Below are positions 33,730 through 44,515 of a DNA stretch of 64,000 bases, piece by piece. Source of the DNA: Cyanidioschyzon merolae (lineage: Eukaryota); assembly GCA_000091205.1 (NCBI GenBank), contig AP006502.2; one strand, given 5' to 3'. Positions within the stretch are counted from its first letter, which is position 1, and every line of letters starts with the position of its first letter. The position numbers and the translations under genes are program-made. The notes under the pieces are model-generated. The model did no database searches, was not told where the DNA came from, and saw only the letters and a program-made list of their open reading frames with translations.

Positions 33730-34579
33730 CCGAGGGAGGCAGCGCTCAGCGCACAGCAGGTGCGTTTGCATACTGCGATCAGGGCCGCGATGTCTATAAC
33801 TGCACTACTGGCGCTTGCTCCGTTTGCGATCAGTGTATCCGAATCGCACTGGTATACCTGTGTATTGAGAGGCTCGACGGTCATCGTAGCGTATCACGAG
33901 CACATATGCTACTCGTCGAAAGCTGCAAACTCGTGATTTATGCGTCGTGCGCGTGTATCCTTCGCTACTGGCATGAGGCTCGTCTTCAAGCGCTGACGCT
34001 AGGGCTTTTGACGCATTCAGCGTTCTGGAGATACCGCCTGATAGCGTGCGTGCCGCTGGCAACGTAGTCCCTGTTGCCACCCGTAGGCGGTTGGGTTCCT
34101 CGAACTCGCTCAGGCATCCGAGCTGGCGATCATTGTCGATTGTTACCGACGCTACGCATGGGAAAAGCCGACCAAAGGCTGGTGCCAAGAACCAAATCGT
34201 TGCGAACGGGGAGTGCTATTCGCCCAGACAGCATCACAATCGGAAGCACCAGCAACACCGGCACCTGAAGGCATTTCGTGTTCCAGGAAAGCCATCTGGG
34301 TGCGTGTTTGTTCGAGTTCCTGGCCAGCAGCTTTGCTTTATCGGTTTTCCGGGCAGCCGCAAGCCTACCAAAATACGGGTTGAGCTCGCTCTGGGGCGAT
34401 CCGCTACGCTGCAGCCTTGCGAGCTGCAGGAATCCGTTTGAAGACGCAAGCGCTACCAGCCACAGACGGAGGAAGCGGTGTGAAGCGCTGCACGTGCACC
34501 GCTCCTAACGCCCAGGAGCACAAGGCCGTGGAACAAGCCTTCCGTCCTGTCCCTGCAGTACGAGCGAGCGTTCGGCAAT

Positions 34580-35012
34580 ACACGTCAACAGAAGGATAAA
34601 TGTTTCAAAACCATGACGAGTAAATCTATATACCCATGCGCTGACGCCTCCCGGAACTTTTTGACCAGCCGCCTGCTATCGGTCTCAGTTTCTCCTTGGA
34701 CACTTCGAGACTTCGAGGCTGTCCGAGAACGTTCACCTGCGTCAGCTCCGCGGGTCTTTTCATGAGCTCGGCACATCGTCTGATATTGATGGCGGCATTA
34801 AGGTCTCGGTTCGAAAAGCCCATGCGCCTATCGCCTCTGCTTGAAGTCACCCAGGCAGGGATTCCCAGAACTCGTGCCCGCCGTTCCATTTGATGCTCTG
34901 TCAGCGCTCCCTGCTTTTCTATCGCCGAAACGCTTCGCTGCCTTTTCTCCATATCGACCTTCTGAAATCTACATCTCAGCTCATCCCTTAATTTCTCTTA
35001 AATGAACGCACT
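34580..35012 (-). mobile_element. 5'-truncated fragment B of the same Fanzor/TnpB-like element family (RuvC-III plus tail)
   Basis: The minus ORF 34626..34952 encodes DELRCRFQKVDMEKRQRS…LTEHQMERRARVLG…RMGFSNRDLNAAINIRRCAEL…NVLGQPRSLEVSKEKL. This is colinear with copy C (HELGCTLQRVEMEKCQRS…LTEERMERRAKFRG…RMEFRNRDFNAAINIR). The nucleotide block 34781-34817 matches A and C. Homology ends at an in-frame TAA near 35010. Confidence 0.6.
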
Positions 35013-36333
35013 TGTTCTTTAGATACCCAAGTGGGAACCTTCCCTGATCGACACGGATATGCAGAAGAGGGGCGAGGTGTGCCCCGGTGTGTCAACGTTT
35101 GCTGAACGCTTCAGCGATTCGTCCAGAAGAGCGATGATTACGTTTCGCAATAGAAGACACTCCTTCGAAGCGGTTCATCCGTGGACAGTGCGGAGTAATG
35201 GAAAGCAGCTCTATTTCGACCGAATCGGGAAAAGCGAAAACTCAAGCGGAACGGTGAAGTGCCACGTTGGTCAATGGAAGGACGTCTACAGATTTCACGG
35301 GAAAAGTCTTCAATGATTCGATCAAGTGGTTGGTTCTGTTGTATGTGCCTGCTGCATGAGCGGAACTGAGGCCGCCGAATGCATCCACCGCAGCTAGAAC
35401 AGACGATCATGGCCTCGTTCTCTTCGAGTTCGATCCTACATACAACAGGTTCGTTCTCCGCCAATGCCGATATACGCCCCGACCGCTTCATCCGGAGGAA
35501 CTCTCATCGACTGGAAAAACAAACCGACTGGCCTGTGCTTTATGCCGATAGCGGGTTCCAGGAATTCTGCTGTTGCGATTTCGTTCTAAGTTGGTCGTGC
35601 GTAAACTAGGACTTTTTTGCGACTGTATCCCGATGTTTTCAGGACCACACGAATTAGCTGGTGACAAACAGAGACGCCCTTGGCGGCGACGATCTTCGGT
35701 TTTGCCTTCCGCAAAAGGGGATCAACGGGTTGTTTTTGAAGCATCGACCGCAAGCAGTCTCTGAAAATATCGGTTTCTGGCGCGAAGCGCATCTATTGCT
35801 TTGTTTCAGTGTTCCTCAAACGTCTGCCTACTGCGGTATTTCTGAGCGCAATAAGGGATGCAGTCCTCGTTACACTGTTCAGTAAATATTATATCCTACA
35901 GACAACTCGTCTACAATCCATAAACTATATCGCATCGTGATTTCGATCCTCTGCTATCCATTGCGGCCGGCGGGTGCAACAAAATCGTCATGAAATACTG
36001 CAATGCTGAACGTGTCCGAGTACTGTCCTTATCAAGGCGGAATTGGACGCATCTCAGTCGGCTTTGTCGACGCTTGTTCACACTGATGACGAGCATACCT
36101 TTCGCTGCAGTGACGAGCGAGCGCAGCGCGTGCCCGCGGTGCTTGTCAACTGGGGCTCCGTGGCACGCGCTGACACCGGCATCGCTTTCATTGTCCACAT
36201 GCGACAAATCCTTCATCGCAACGATCTCATCGAGTCAAGGGATCGAATGTCTCCGTTTACCGTAACGCAGAACGTTGTCTCCAGATCCAGTACTGCTTTA
36301 CGGGGGCGTCGAATTCTAAGGCAAGCATCTCCC

Positions 36334-37812
36334 CTAGATGCGCTGCTGGGGTGCTGCGGCATGCTCCTGCAGCATATGCACGTCGAGGCGCTGCTGGACG
36401 GCATCGATAAACTCCTCTGTATTGAGGTAGTTTTCCCGTTTGCTGCCCTGTTCCGTCCCGTACACTGCAATCGAGAGGTCCTTTGTCATCTTACCATCCA
36501 GGATTGTCTCGATACAGGACCGCTCCAACGCCTCAGCGAAATGTGCAACATCCGGGGTTCCGTCGAGTGTCGCCCGATGGGCCAGGCCTCGTGCCCATGC
36601 CACAATACTAGCAACGGAATTGGTACTCGTTTCCTTTCCCTGCTGATGGAGTCGGAAATGTCGCGTCACTGTGCCGTGAGCCGCCTCCGCCAACAGCGTC
36701 TTGCCGTCCGGCGTAAGCAGGACGCTGCTCATGAGTCCCAACGAACCGTAGCCCTGTGCTATAATGTCAGACTGCACATCTCCATCATAATTCTTGCAAG
36801 CCCATAAAAACCCACCCGATGACTTTAACGCTTGAGCAACCATATCGTCAATGAGGCGGTGCTCATACCAGAGCGCGGCCCGAGTGAAGCGTTCCCGATA
36901 ATCCCTTTCGTACAGTTCCTGGAAAATGTCCCGCCAACGTCCATCGTACACTTTGAGAATCGTATTTTTCGTGCTCAAGTACATTGGCAGCTTCCTCCTT
37001 AACGCAAACTCGAAGCAAGAGCGGGCGAAGTTTCGAATGCTTTCGTCTGTATTGAACATGCCGAGAGCGACGCCGCCGCCGTCGGTGCTCGACGCGAACT
37101 GGTGCACCTGGCGACGCTCGAGCTCCATGCCTTGGGCATCCAAAACTCGCAGCTCAACGCGACATGCTGGCGGCACCCGCAAGTCCTGTGCTTTGTACTG
37201 GTCTCCGAAGCCGTGGCGAGCGATGACGATCGGTTGCTTCCAGCCTGGCACAAGGCGCGGAATATTCTCAACCAGGATCGGTTCGCGAAACACAGTACCG
37301 TTTAAGACGTTCCGCAAGGTACCGTTCGGCGACGGGTACATGCGCTTGAGATGAAACTCCTCGACACGTGCCTCGTCTGGTGTTATGGTAGCAGCCTTAA
37401 CCGCTGCGTGATGCTGTTGTACCGCTCGTGCTGCTTCCAGGGTAACGCCGTCGTCCGTAGCGTCTCGAACGGGTAAACCCAGGTCGAAATAAACGATGTC
37501 CAGATTGAGGTACGGAAGAATGAGTTTGTTCTTGATCAGGTGCCAGATGACACGCGCTTGTTCGTCTCCATCAAGCTCGACTATCGGATTTCGCACTCTG
37601 ATTTTGGAAAAAGCAGGTACGTTCGACATGTTTGCACAAAGGCTTCGTCCTGTTGTTCGCCTCAAAAACTTGGGAAAGCAGTGACCCCGTCTTCGATTAC
37701 AACAACAATTTCCCAAGGACCGGCACGGTGCAAAACCTGTTCGTTTCCACGAGCCCCCGTGGCTAAGAAAAGCACTCGAAAGCGCGCAGCAAGCCTTCCT
37801 GAGCACAAGCAT
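36334..37812 (-). CDS. IDH: NADP-dependent isocitrate dehydrogenase (eukaryotic IDH1/IDH2 type) with an Arg-rich presequence
   Basis: Near-colinear match to IDH1/2, including [41 protein letters not shown]…, …[12 protein letters not shown]…[19 protein letters not shown]… and …[14 protein letters not shown]…[17 protein letters not shown]…. The ORF is open to 38088 (GTG). In-frame ATGs lie at 37812 (presequence form) and 37629 (MSNVP, cytosolic-type start); both were verified as cat on the + strand. Confidence 0.9.
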   Translation of the reverse strand: MLVLRKACCALSSAFLSHGGSWKRTGFAPCRSLGNCCCNRRRGHCFPKFLRRTTGRSLCANMSNVPAFSKIRVRNPIVELDGDEQARVIWHLIKNKLILPYLNLDIVYFDLGLPVRDATDDGVTLEAARAVQQHHAAVKAATITPDEARVEEFHLKRMYPSPNGTLRNVLNGTVFREPILVENIPRLVPGWKQPIVIARHGFGDQYKAQDLRVPPACRVELRVLDAQGMELERRQVHQFASSTDGGGVALGMFNTDESIRNFARSCFEFALRRKLPMYLSTKNTILKVYDGRWRDIFQELYERDYRERFTRAALWYEHRLIDDMVAQALKSSGGFLWACKNYDGDVQSDIIAQGYGSLGLMSSVLLTPDGKTLLAEAAHGTVTRHFRLHQQGKETSTNSVASIVAWARGLAHRATLDGTPDVAHFAEALERSCIETILDGKMTKDLSIAVYGTEQGSKRENYLNTEEFIDAVQQRLDVHMLQEHAAAPQQRI

Positions 37813-37952
37813 CGATGATGGACGAGTGAGTCTGGCGGGTTCGAGAGATCGCTGCCGCGCCGGCTTGTGTTCGCTGGAGATCAAGCGCGCAGCAGGCTGC
37901 TGCTTATGGGGTGGTGGTATGGTTGAAACGGGGTTTCGGATAAGTGTGGCAG

Positions 37953-37972
37953 TGATGATGATGATGATGGTG
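37953..37972. repeat. (GAT)n microsatellite upstream of, or in the extended frame of, IDH
   Basis: The sequence gatgatgatgatgatggtgatgg is seen directly. It is translated as poly-I in the extended minus frame. Confidence 0.8.
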
Positions 37973-38993
37973 ATGGTATACCAGCTTTCATTGGACACTT
38001 GGCCAAAGCACCGGACTATGATGCAGCGACGGGATTCGCATGTATTTCGTAGCGTGCACTCAAGTGGAGAAATTTTGTTTTGTTGCACTGGATCGGAGAA
38101 GGGGTTTCAACGGCCTTGGTGATCTGATGAACCGATACGAGTCGGATCTCGGCTTGCGAACCTATCGGTGGATAGGCAGCTCACTGCACCGTGCTGCAGC
38201 ATACGAAAGGAGCGTGCTAGAGCGTCCAAAATCGGATGACGCTGAACCCATGTCAGACTGGAATAGAGCGGGTCGACACGAGCGACCTGGGCGTACACCA
38301 TAGATACTTGATTTCATTCGATTCTCATCAACACCAGCTTTTGCGAACCTTTTTCGTGCGACTGCTTCCTTTTTCTTTTTCATGTGGATTGCTCCAACTA
38401 CGCAGGTACTTTTCGTATCGAACGCTTGCTTGTCAGCATACGCAGCTTCGCGATGCAAGGACAAGTCCCGACTTGGCCGCTTCAGGCTCTAATTGACGTC
38501 CTCGAAGCAAAGACGGTCGTTGCGATCGATGTTTCGCTTGACAATTGCATTTTTATTTGTGTACAACCTGGGTGCAAGCTTCACAGCAGCGACACTTGGC
38601 AGTGCGCAGGCATTCTATACGTATATCGAGGCTTCTCACGCGCCGATGGCTGCCTCTTGGCACGGGCAGGCGTGCTTCATTGCTCGGAACATGACCTGGA
38701 CAGGTACAGAGGGCTCTTCTCAATGCCTTTTCACGTTTCCGTGGCTGGCCCTGAAACCCACAATCACCGGCGTGCTCTGGGCGATGCTCGCTGCGAGCAC
38801 GTCGCTCCATTCCATAAAGGATACATGGAACGCTAGCTTGTCCATGATGGAACATTTCATGGAAAGACAATACTGGTTCGCAAATGAGTTGAGAAACTTT
38901 GATCCGTCTACGTCCCTTCGTGCAAAACGGTGGACTACGCCCCACTGGAAGCGATCGCTGTAATCACTCTAGTCCCAGTGCATGAAGCTTGTA

Positions 38994-39053
38994 GTCTTTC
39001 GAGTCGGTGATATTCCACGCACCTGGGTCTGGAATATCACCGACTCGAAAGAC
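38994..39053. repeat. perfect 24-bp inverted repeat separated by a 12-nt spacer (60-bp hairpin-forming palindrome) in the IDH/RabGGT intergenic region
   Basis: Left arm gtctttcgagtcggtgatattcca, spacer cgcacctgggtc, right arm tggaatatcaccgactcgaaagac. The right arm is the exact reverse complement of the left (read directly). Confidence 0.8.
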
Positions 39054-39504
39054 GATAGTGCTGCGGGATCGATGACCGAAAACCCAGCCGCCCAAATGTG
39101 CAAACCTGGTCGATTATTCGAACATGAACCTCACTCTTCCACTGCGACTTGAAAGCTGCATACGTCCCAGGTCACCGGACGAGTGCAGAGGTCGCATACT
39201 GTCGTACCAGAGACGCAAACTCGACAAGCCCAGGCGCCCTGCACATGCACTGTGGAACGCAACATCGCCAGAGCTCCAAACGTCAAACTTTAGCCATTTG
39301 CGTTCCTTTTACTGCTCAAGTTCGACACCACGGGGAACTCGTCGCCTAATCGGCACTCTGTTAGCGTTCGTCTATTGCACGTGAACTTGCCCTAGCGCAA
39401 TAAACGGTCCCCGAGTGCGACCTTCGAAGCTCGGCTTGTGGGCAATGCGCTTGCTTGCTCCGATTGCACTGGAGTAGAGGCGGTACAACAGCTTCGTCGT
39501 GCCC

Positions 39505-40602
39505 ATGACATCACCAGCGCTGCCGCTGCAGCTCCCGCGCTCCGAGCACATCGCTTTTTTGGGCCAGTACGTAAACCGGGACGTCAGGGCTTTGCCATCT
39601 ACCTTTGAGCTTTGGGTCACGGAGCATAAGAAACTCTCTGCCGCCTACTGGACGGTCGTTGCACTAGCGCTGCTGGACGCCCTGGATCTGGTGCCACGCG
39701 AGCGTTTGCGAGACTGGGTGCTGGAGTGTCGAGACCCGTGTGGCGGGTTTGGCGGCGACGTTGGACAGGACCCGCATCTGCTCTATACGTTATCAGCGGT
39801 CCAGATCCTTTTCTTACTGGGAGAAGAGGCGCGCCTGGACCGGTCATCCATCATAGCATATGTGGCAAGCCTTCAGCAACCTGACGGATCTTTCGCAGGC
39901 GATACCTGGGGCGAGATCGACACCCGCTTCTGCTTCTGTGCGGCGCTTACGCTCGCCATACTTGGTGTTCCATTGCAACAACGCGAGCATTCTCGGAATT
40001 CTCCAGAAAAGACGAACGAAATCGAACGTCCCATTCGCACCGATGCCCTAGTAGACTACATCATGCGATGCGAAAACGATGACGGAGGCTTTGGTGTTAT
40101 CCCCGGCGCAGAATCCCATGCTGGTCAGGTTTTCTGCTGTGTCGGCACGCTGGCGTTGTGTGGAGCTCTCTATCGGCTTCGAGACGGCGGCAATAGGCTG
40201 GCTCGTTGGCTCGCGTATCGCCAACTTCGAAACGGAGGTTTCAATGGTCGTCCCGATAAGTTACCGGACGTTTGCTACAGCTGGTGGGTACTGGCCTCGC
40301 TTAAAATCATCGCAAAGGACCATTGGATCTCTGCTGACGCTCTTGAGCGTTTCATCTTCTCCTGTCATGCGCAGAGAGAGAGTCAGAACACATACGCTGG
40401 CGGCATTGCAGACCGACCAGGTGACGAGCCGGATGTCTTCCATACCTTTTTTGGCCTGGCTGGTCTGTCGCTGCTCGAGAGGCAGCAGCTGATCGCCATT
40501 GATCCTGTCTACGCTCTTCCGTGTGCGCTTGTGAAACGCATTCATGCCGCCAACCCCAAAGCGGAACTCGTGGACACAACCGAAGGGGTGTCACAAGTTT
40601 GA
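39505..40602 (+). CDS. RABGGTB: Rab geranylgeranyltransferase (type II) beta subunit
   Basis: Prenyltransferase alpha-alpha toroid repeats are present, with GGFGG, DGSFAG, DGGFG, NGGFNGR and YSWWVLASL. The start was moved to the ATG at 39505; the listed 39499 is GTG. Confidence 0.85.
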   Translation: MTSPALPLQLPRSEHIAFLGQYVNRDVRALPSTFELWVTEHKKLSAAYWTVVALALLDALDLVPRERLRDWVLECRDPCGGFGGDVGQDPHLLYTLSAVQILFLLGEEARLDRSSIIAYVASLQQPDGSFAGDTWGEIDTRFCFCAALTLAILGVPLQQREHSRNSPEKTNEIERPIRTDALVDYIMRCENDDGGFGVIPGAESHAGQVFCCVGTLALCGALYRLRDGGNRLARWLAYRQLRNGGFNGRPDKLPDVCYSWWVLASLKIIAKDHWISADALERFIFSCHAQRESQNTYAGGIADRPGDEPDVFHTFFGLAGLSLLERQQLIAIDPVYALPCALVKRIHAANPKAELVDTTEGVSQV

Positions 40603-41567
40603 ATGCGATATCCATTTACGGATGAGAGACGTATCCTTCGCAGTTCCGATACACAATGCGCAAATCCTGGTGTGTGCTGGTGCTCGTGACACAGTGACCG
40701 GGAAAACAAGGACGCTTTTTTCACCAATTGGACAAGATTTTGCGGTGCGCCGTTAACTAACAACGTGCTTGTTGCATGTATGCACGGCTCGAGTTTCAGA
40801 AGCAACGGGATCACGTCTCTTTTCCTGCTAGCGCTCCCTGTCGTTGACTGTGCTCATCTTCTACGACAGCGCACAAGCGTTGCAGCGCTCAAAAAATTCA
40901 TGGAAATACGCACGCGCAAACCAGAGCAATGCGCCCCCATCCTTTCTGTGGATATTAATGTATCTATTTTCACGTGCTCATCGAAGTCGTAACGTGTAGG
41001 AATTCGCCGATCCGACCAATAAATCAAATGCGCTTGCTGGTTGCTACCCCAGAGCGAGTCCCTGCCAGCGCAGCGCAGACACGCTTCATTACCGTTCGGT
41101 TCCGCGTTCGCGTACACCATGACATGGGCCATCATTCTGGTACGAGAGCGCGCAGCATCCACGAGGCCTGCCCCAGCCTCCCGGTCACTGGCACCGTGAT
41201 TCAATCCCGCTAAGCCAGTCGCTTACGGATTCGCATACCAGCCTTGGGGCGGAGACGGTGCTCGAATGAGGAGAGCGACCTGCAACGCGCCCAGCGAGCG
41301 CACTACAGGCAAGCTCTTCGCACCCATACGTTGCCGCGTTCGCACGAGTGTGCCTCGGTGATCCGTACAAGGCAACAAAAGGCAGATGCGCTGGTGCGTC
41401 CTGATCATGGACCCGGGCTCGTGATCGCATTAGCAGCGCTCGCTCGATAGCGTCGATGCAACGCTCCTCAATACACTGATCGGCATCAAGCAGGCGGGGA
41501 TCGCCCATTCGGTGCATCGATCCTACACCAGGAAGAAAATAGCGACAATGCGGGTGCGCTACTCGCC

Positions 41568-42524
41568 TCAGTCTGTCAGTGAGCGCAGTCCTCGGGTTTC
41601 CTGGATGAAATCGGCGATAGCCTGATAGTAACGCTCACCACCTCGATACCAAGTGTCATTATGTGTTCCATCAGGAATGTATACCATTCGAGCAAGCATG
41701 CAGGAACCCGCTCGAGCAGCGTTGTACAGAGCATCCATATGCGATGGAGGTACGAGTTCATCTTGCCGACCGCTGATAAACAGAATCGGAGACCGGATCT
41801 TGCCGACCAGGGCCAGGGAATTCCACGGGTTACGATTCAGTCGCTTGAGCCAGCGCAGGCCTCGTGGAAAAACCACGTCAATCATGTCGCCGATACAAGT
41901 AAATGTATTCTCCACGATGACGCCGCGGAGTTTGGAACCGTACTTGCGACCGAGCCAGAGCGCTACGGCACCGCCAATCGAACGCCCGAATACATAGAGG
42001 AGGTCGCTTTCGATCAGACGGGCTGACGGTACCCGACCTGCCGCTGTGGATGTTCCGCTATCATCCGCTGCGGCATGTTTTCCGGCGTTCAAACAGAACT
42101 CCATCGCTGCTGAAGCGTCGAGCTTGAAACCCTGCTCCGATGGCGTGCCAGACGACTCTCCATAGCCGCGATAGCTGACCATCAGAACATTGCACTGACA
42201 TGTTGCGATTAGGTTGCGCACGTCTTGCAGGCGGTGTGACAGGTTGCCTGCGTTGCCGTGGAAGTAGATGATCGTAACCCGCGGCCTTTGACCTGTTTCA
42301 CTTCGTACTGGAAACACAAGCCACGCATGAATTCGTGTACCGTCGACAGCTCGCAGCGCAACGTCCTCATACGCGAGACCCTCGAACTGGTCAGGGTACG
42401 CATCGTAGTGTCGTGAAGGTATCTGCGGCAGATAGAGAAGCTTCTCCTGCTTGAGGTACAGCGCGCCGCCCAGAAGCCCAACAGCACCGAGCGCTACACC
42501 TAGTATGGGCACGATCGCTGCCAT
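41568..42524 (-). CDS. alpha/beta-hydrolase of the BEM46/ABHD13 family, N-terminally membrane-anchored
   Basis: The N-terminal TM is MAAIVPILGVALGAVGLLGG. The nucleophile elbow is GRSIGGAVALWLG (GxSxG), with HGNAGN and downstream Asp/His blocks. The ORF is open to 42539 (GTG); the first ATG at 42524 was verified. Confidence 0.8.
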   Translation of the reverse strand: MAAIVPILGVALGAVGLLGGALYLKQEKLLYLPQIPSRHYDAYPDQFEGLAYEDVALRAVDGTRIHAWLVFPVRSETGQRPRVTIIYFHGNAGNLSHRLQDVRNLIATCQCNVLMVSYRGYGESSGTPSEQGFKLDASAAMEFCLNAGKHAAADDSGTSTAAGRVPSARLIESDLLYVFGRSIGGAVALWLGRKYGSKLRGVIVENTFTCIGDMIDVVFPRGLRWLKRLNRNPWNSLALVGKIRSPILFISGRQDELVPPSHMDALYNAARAGSCMLARMVYIPDGTHNDTWYRGGERYYQAIADFIQETRGLRSLTD

Positions 42525-43166
42525 TGCTCGCGAAGACACCGCACTGGTACCGCGTTATGCGTCCCCAAACGTTACAGGTCGAGAGCGTACGCCCGCACCT
42601 GAGAGCGCAGCCATTGGCTGCTCGTGAGAAGCCACCACGCATCGCGCTGGGCAGATCCAGTGCGGTGCCTCTTCTGGAGGTGTTGCTTCCCAGAAGCACG
42701 TTTTTGCCGTTATCGCGAAGTTAATGACGACAATGAATCAGTCTCGCGACTATGCGCGATACCGCAAGGCATTTGGAAATGGATAGCGCTTGCTTTCGGG
42801 AAACTGAGGGGGTTTTATCGCTGGTTGTCACCGGGTAGCGCACCGGAGTTGTCGTAGTGCGTATAACGTGGTGTGCAGGTGCCGGCTGCAGGTACGTGTC
42901 AAGAAGGAGCGCTGCAGCTGCTCCCTGCAAACTGCCTACTTTCGCCTGATGGTAGCGATTGAACGGTCATTTCCAGATTTTCACACCAAGTCTATCTTGC
43001 ATCGGAAGCACGTAGGACAAGCACGTTTCGTATGCGCGTTGGAAACGTTCCGCACAATGCAACGCCGTGTCGAAGGTTGGGGCGTGCCGTCGGTTGCAGC
43101 GCGACTCTTGGAGGATCAAGTTACGTACCTGTTGGGGTAACGACTTCTGCTGTTGCGAGCATTTTC

Positions 43167-43937
43167 TCAACGTTTGCGTATCAAAGTGGCCTTGTGGAAG
43201 GAAGCATCGAGATCTAAAAGTTTGCGAATGCCTCCCGCTCGCAAGCACCCGGTGAACCTGCGCTGCATTGAGATGGTGCGTGCTCGTTCATGACGCGGTT
43301 GCTCCTGTTGACATGCACCCGGCAAAGCGTTTTCTTCTAAAATCCTTGCATATCCGTACTTCATCGAGAGACTCGTGTTTCCATCCATTTTAGGTCGTTC
43401 GTCTGCTGTGGAGCAGTTGGGATCCAATACCAGTGAAACCAGCACATTTTCAAGCATCTCTGGGCAAGATGCTGTCATCTCGGAGACCAAGCGCTTATGC
43501 ACTCGAGCACGGACTCGTTTCCAAGCAGTTGGGACGCACAGCTGACGAAGGATACAGCGGGTCTCTGAAGTCATCGAAAGATCCAGGATTCCGTTCCTTG
43601 GAACCATAGGCGATCGTCGCATGAGCTGGGACGCAGCTCGAAACGTGGCTGTCGCTGCCAATGCCAGCTGTTGGACGCTTTCATGACGTGTGTACACAGC
43701 GACCGCAGTCCAGCTACGACCAGGCGAATGATGTACTAGTGTCTCTGGCGGTCTATGGAGTATCCATGAGGAAGACCGGGTTGCGCGCTGCCTACCTTTG
43801 CATGCTTTTGAACGCGTACACCGCAAGTTCAAGCCATCGACGCTGCACGATGAGAGGCATCCAGAGGCAAACTTGCGGTGCTGAACGGGCGAAGCCGGCA
43901 CACGTCCGCGTGTCTGAGCGTAGGCACCGAGCGGCAC
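43167..43937 (-). CDS. hypothetical protein (no recognisable domain; may be spurious)
   Basis: 256-aa ORF in a 2-kb gap between confidently called genes. There is no conserved motif. Confidence 0.2.
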   Translation of the reverse strand: MPLGAYAQTRGRVPASPVQHRKFASGCLSSCSVDGLNLRCTRSKACKGRQRATRSSSWILHRPPETLVHHSPGRSWTAVAVYTRHESVQQLALAATATFRAASQLMRRSPMVPRNGILDLSMTSETRCILRQLCVPTAWKRVRARVHKRLVSEMTASCPEMLENVLVSLVLDPNCSTADERPKMDGNTSLSMKYGYARILEENALPGACQQEQPRHERARTISMQRRFTGCLRAGGIRKLLDLDASFHKATLIRKR

Positions 43938-44515
43938 GGCAGACGCTCAGGGCAGCTTCAACACCCGTGCTGTGTCTGCGTTTTCTAGCTCCTATTTCCG
44001 ACAGGAAAACGCCACCGAGCATGCTGGATCCTTGACGCGATCCCGGTGACCACTAGAGTCCCGTCTCTTGTCACTGGCTGCAGCTACGCATCTTCAGGAG
44101 TCAACACCAAAGCATGGATCGCGCTTCAGGCGCAAACATTGCGGAATCCAGTGCGCTACGAACAACCGCAGTGCTTTCTGTGCAGAAACCCCAGCGGGTT
44201 GTACGCCACGCGATCGCTACGTACCTCAACGCCGATTACGCAGGTACCAGCAACAATGCCCATGATTTGATTCATCACGCATCCATAGTCAATGCACTGC
44301 CGCACTAGATGTGTTCTGAGTGCGTCTATGCACTCGTGCAGACGTCCAGCTGGATGCCCCATCGTGCATAGGCAAGTCTCCGGCGACACGTCGCTGCGGT
44401 CGGCGCTCGTCGACGGCCCTGCAGCGCACATCCAGCACCCACGATCCCGGCCTGGTACTGGTATCTGCAACGTCGTTGCGCTCAGCAGTTGGACTCTGTT
44501 TCTAGCAACTCGACA

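Noticed and set aside
35138-35491. Cys-rich minus-strand ORF (…CRIELEENEAMIVCSSCGGC…) as the zinc-finger part of Fanzor fragment B
   Set aside because: It lies outside the region that aligns with the other two copies; homology of B ends at an in-frame TAA near 35010. The true zinc-finger-proximal block of the family (HELGC…KCQRS) is already accounted for inside the aligned part.
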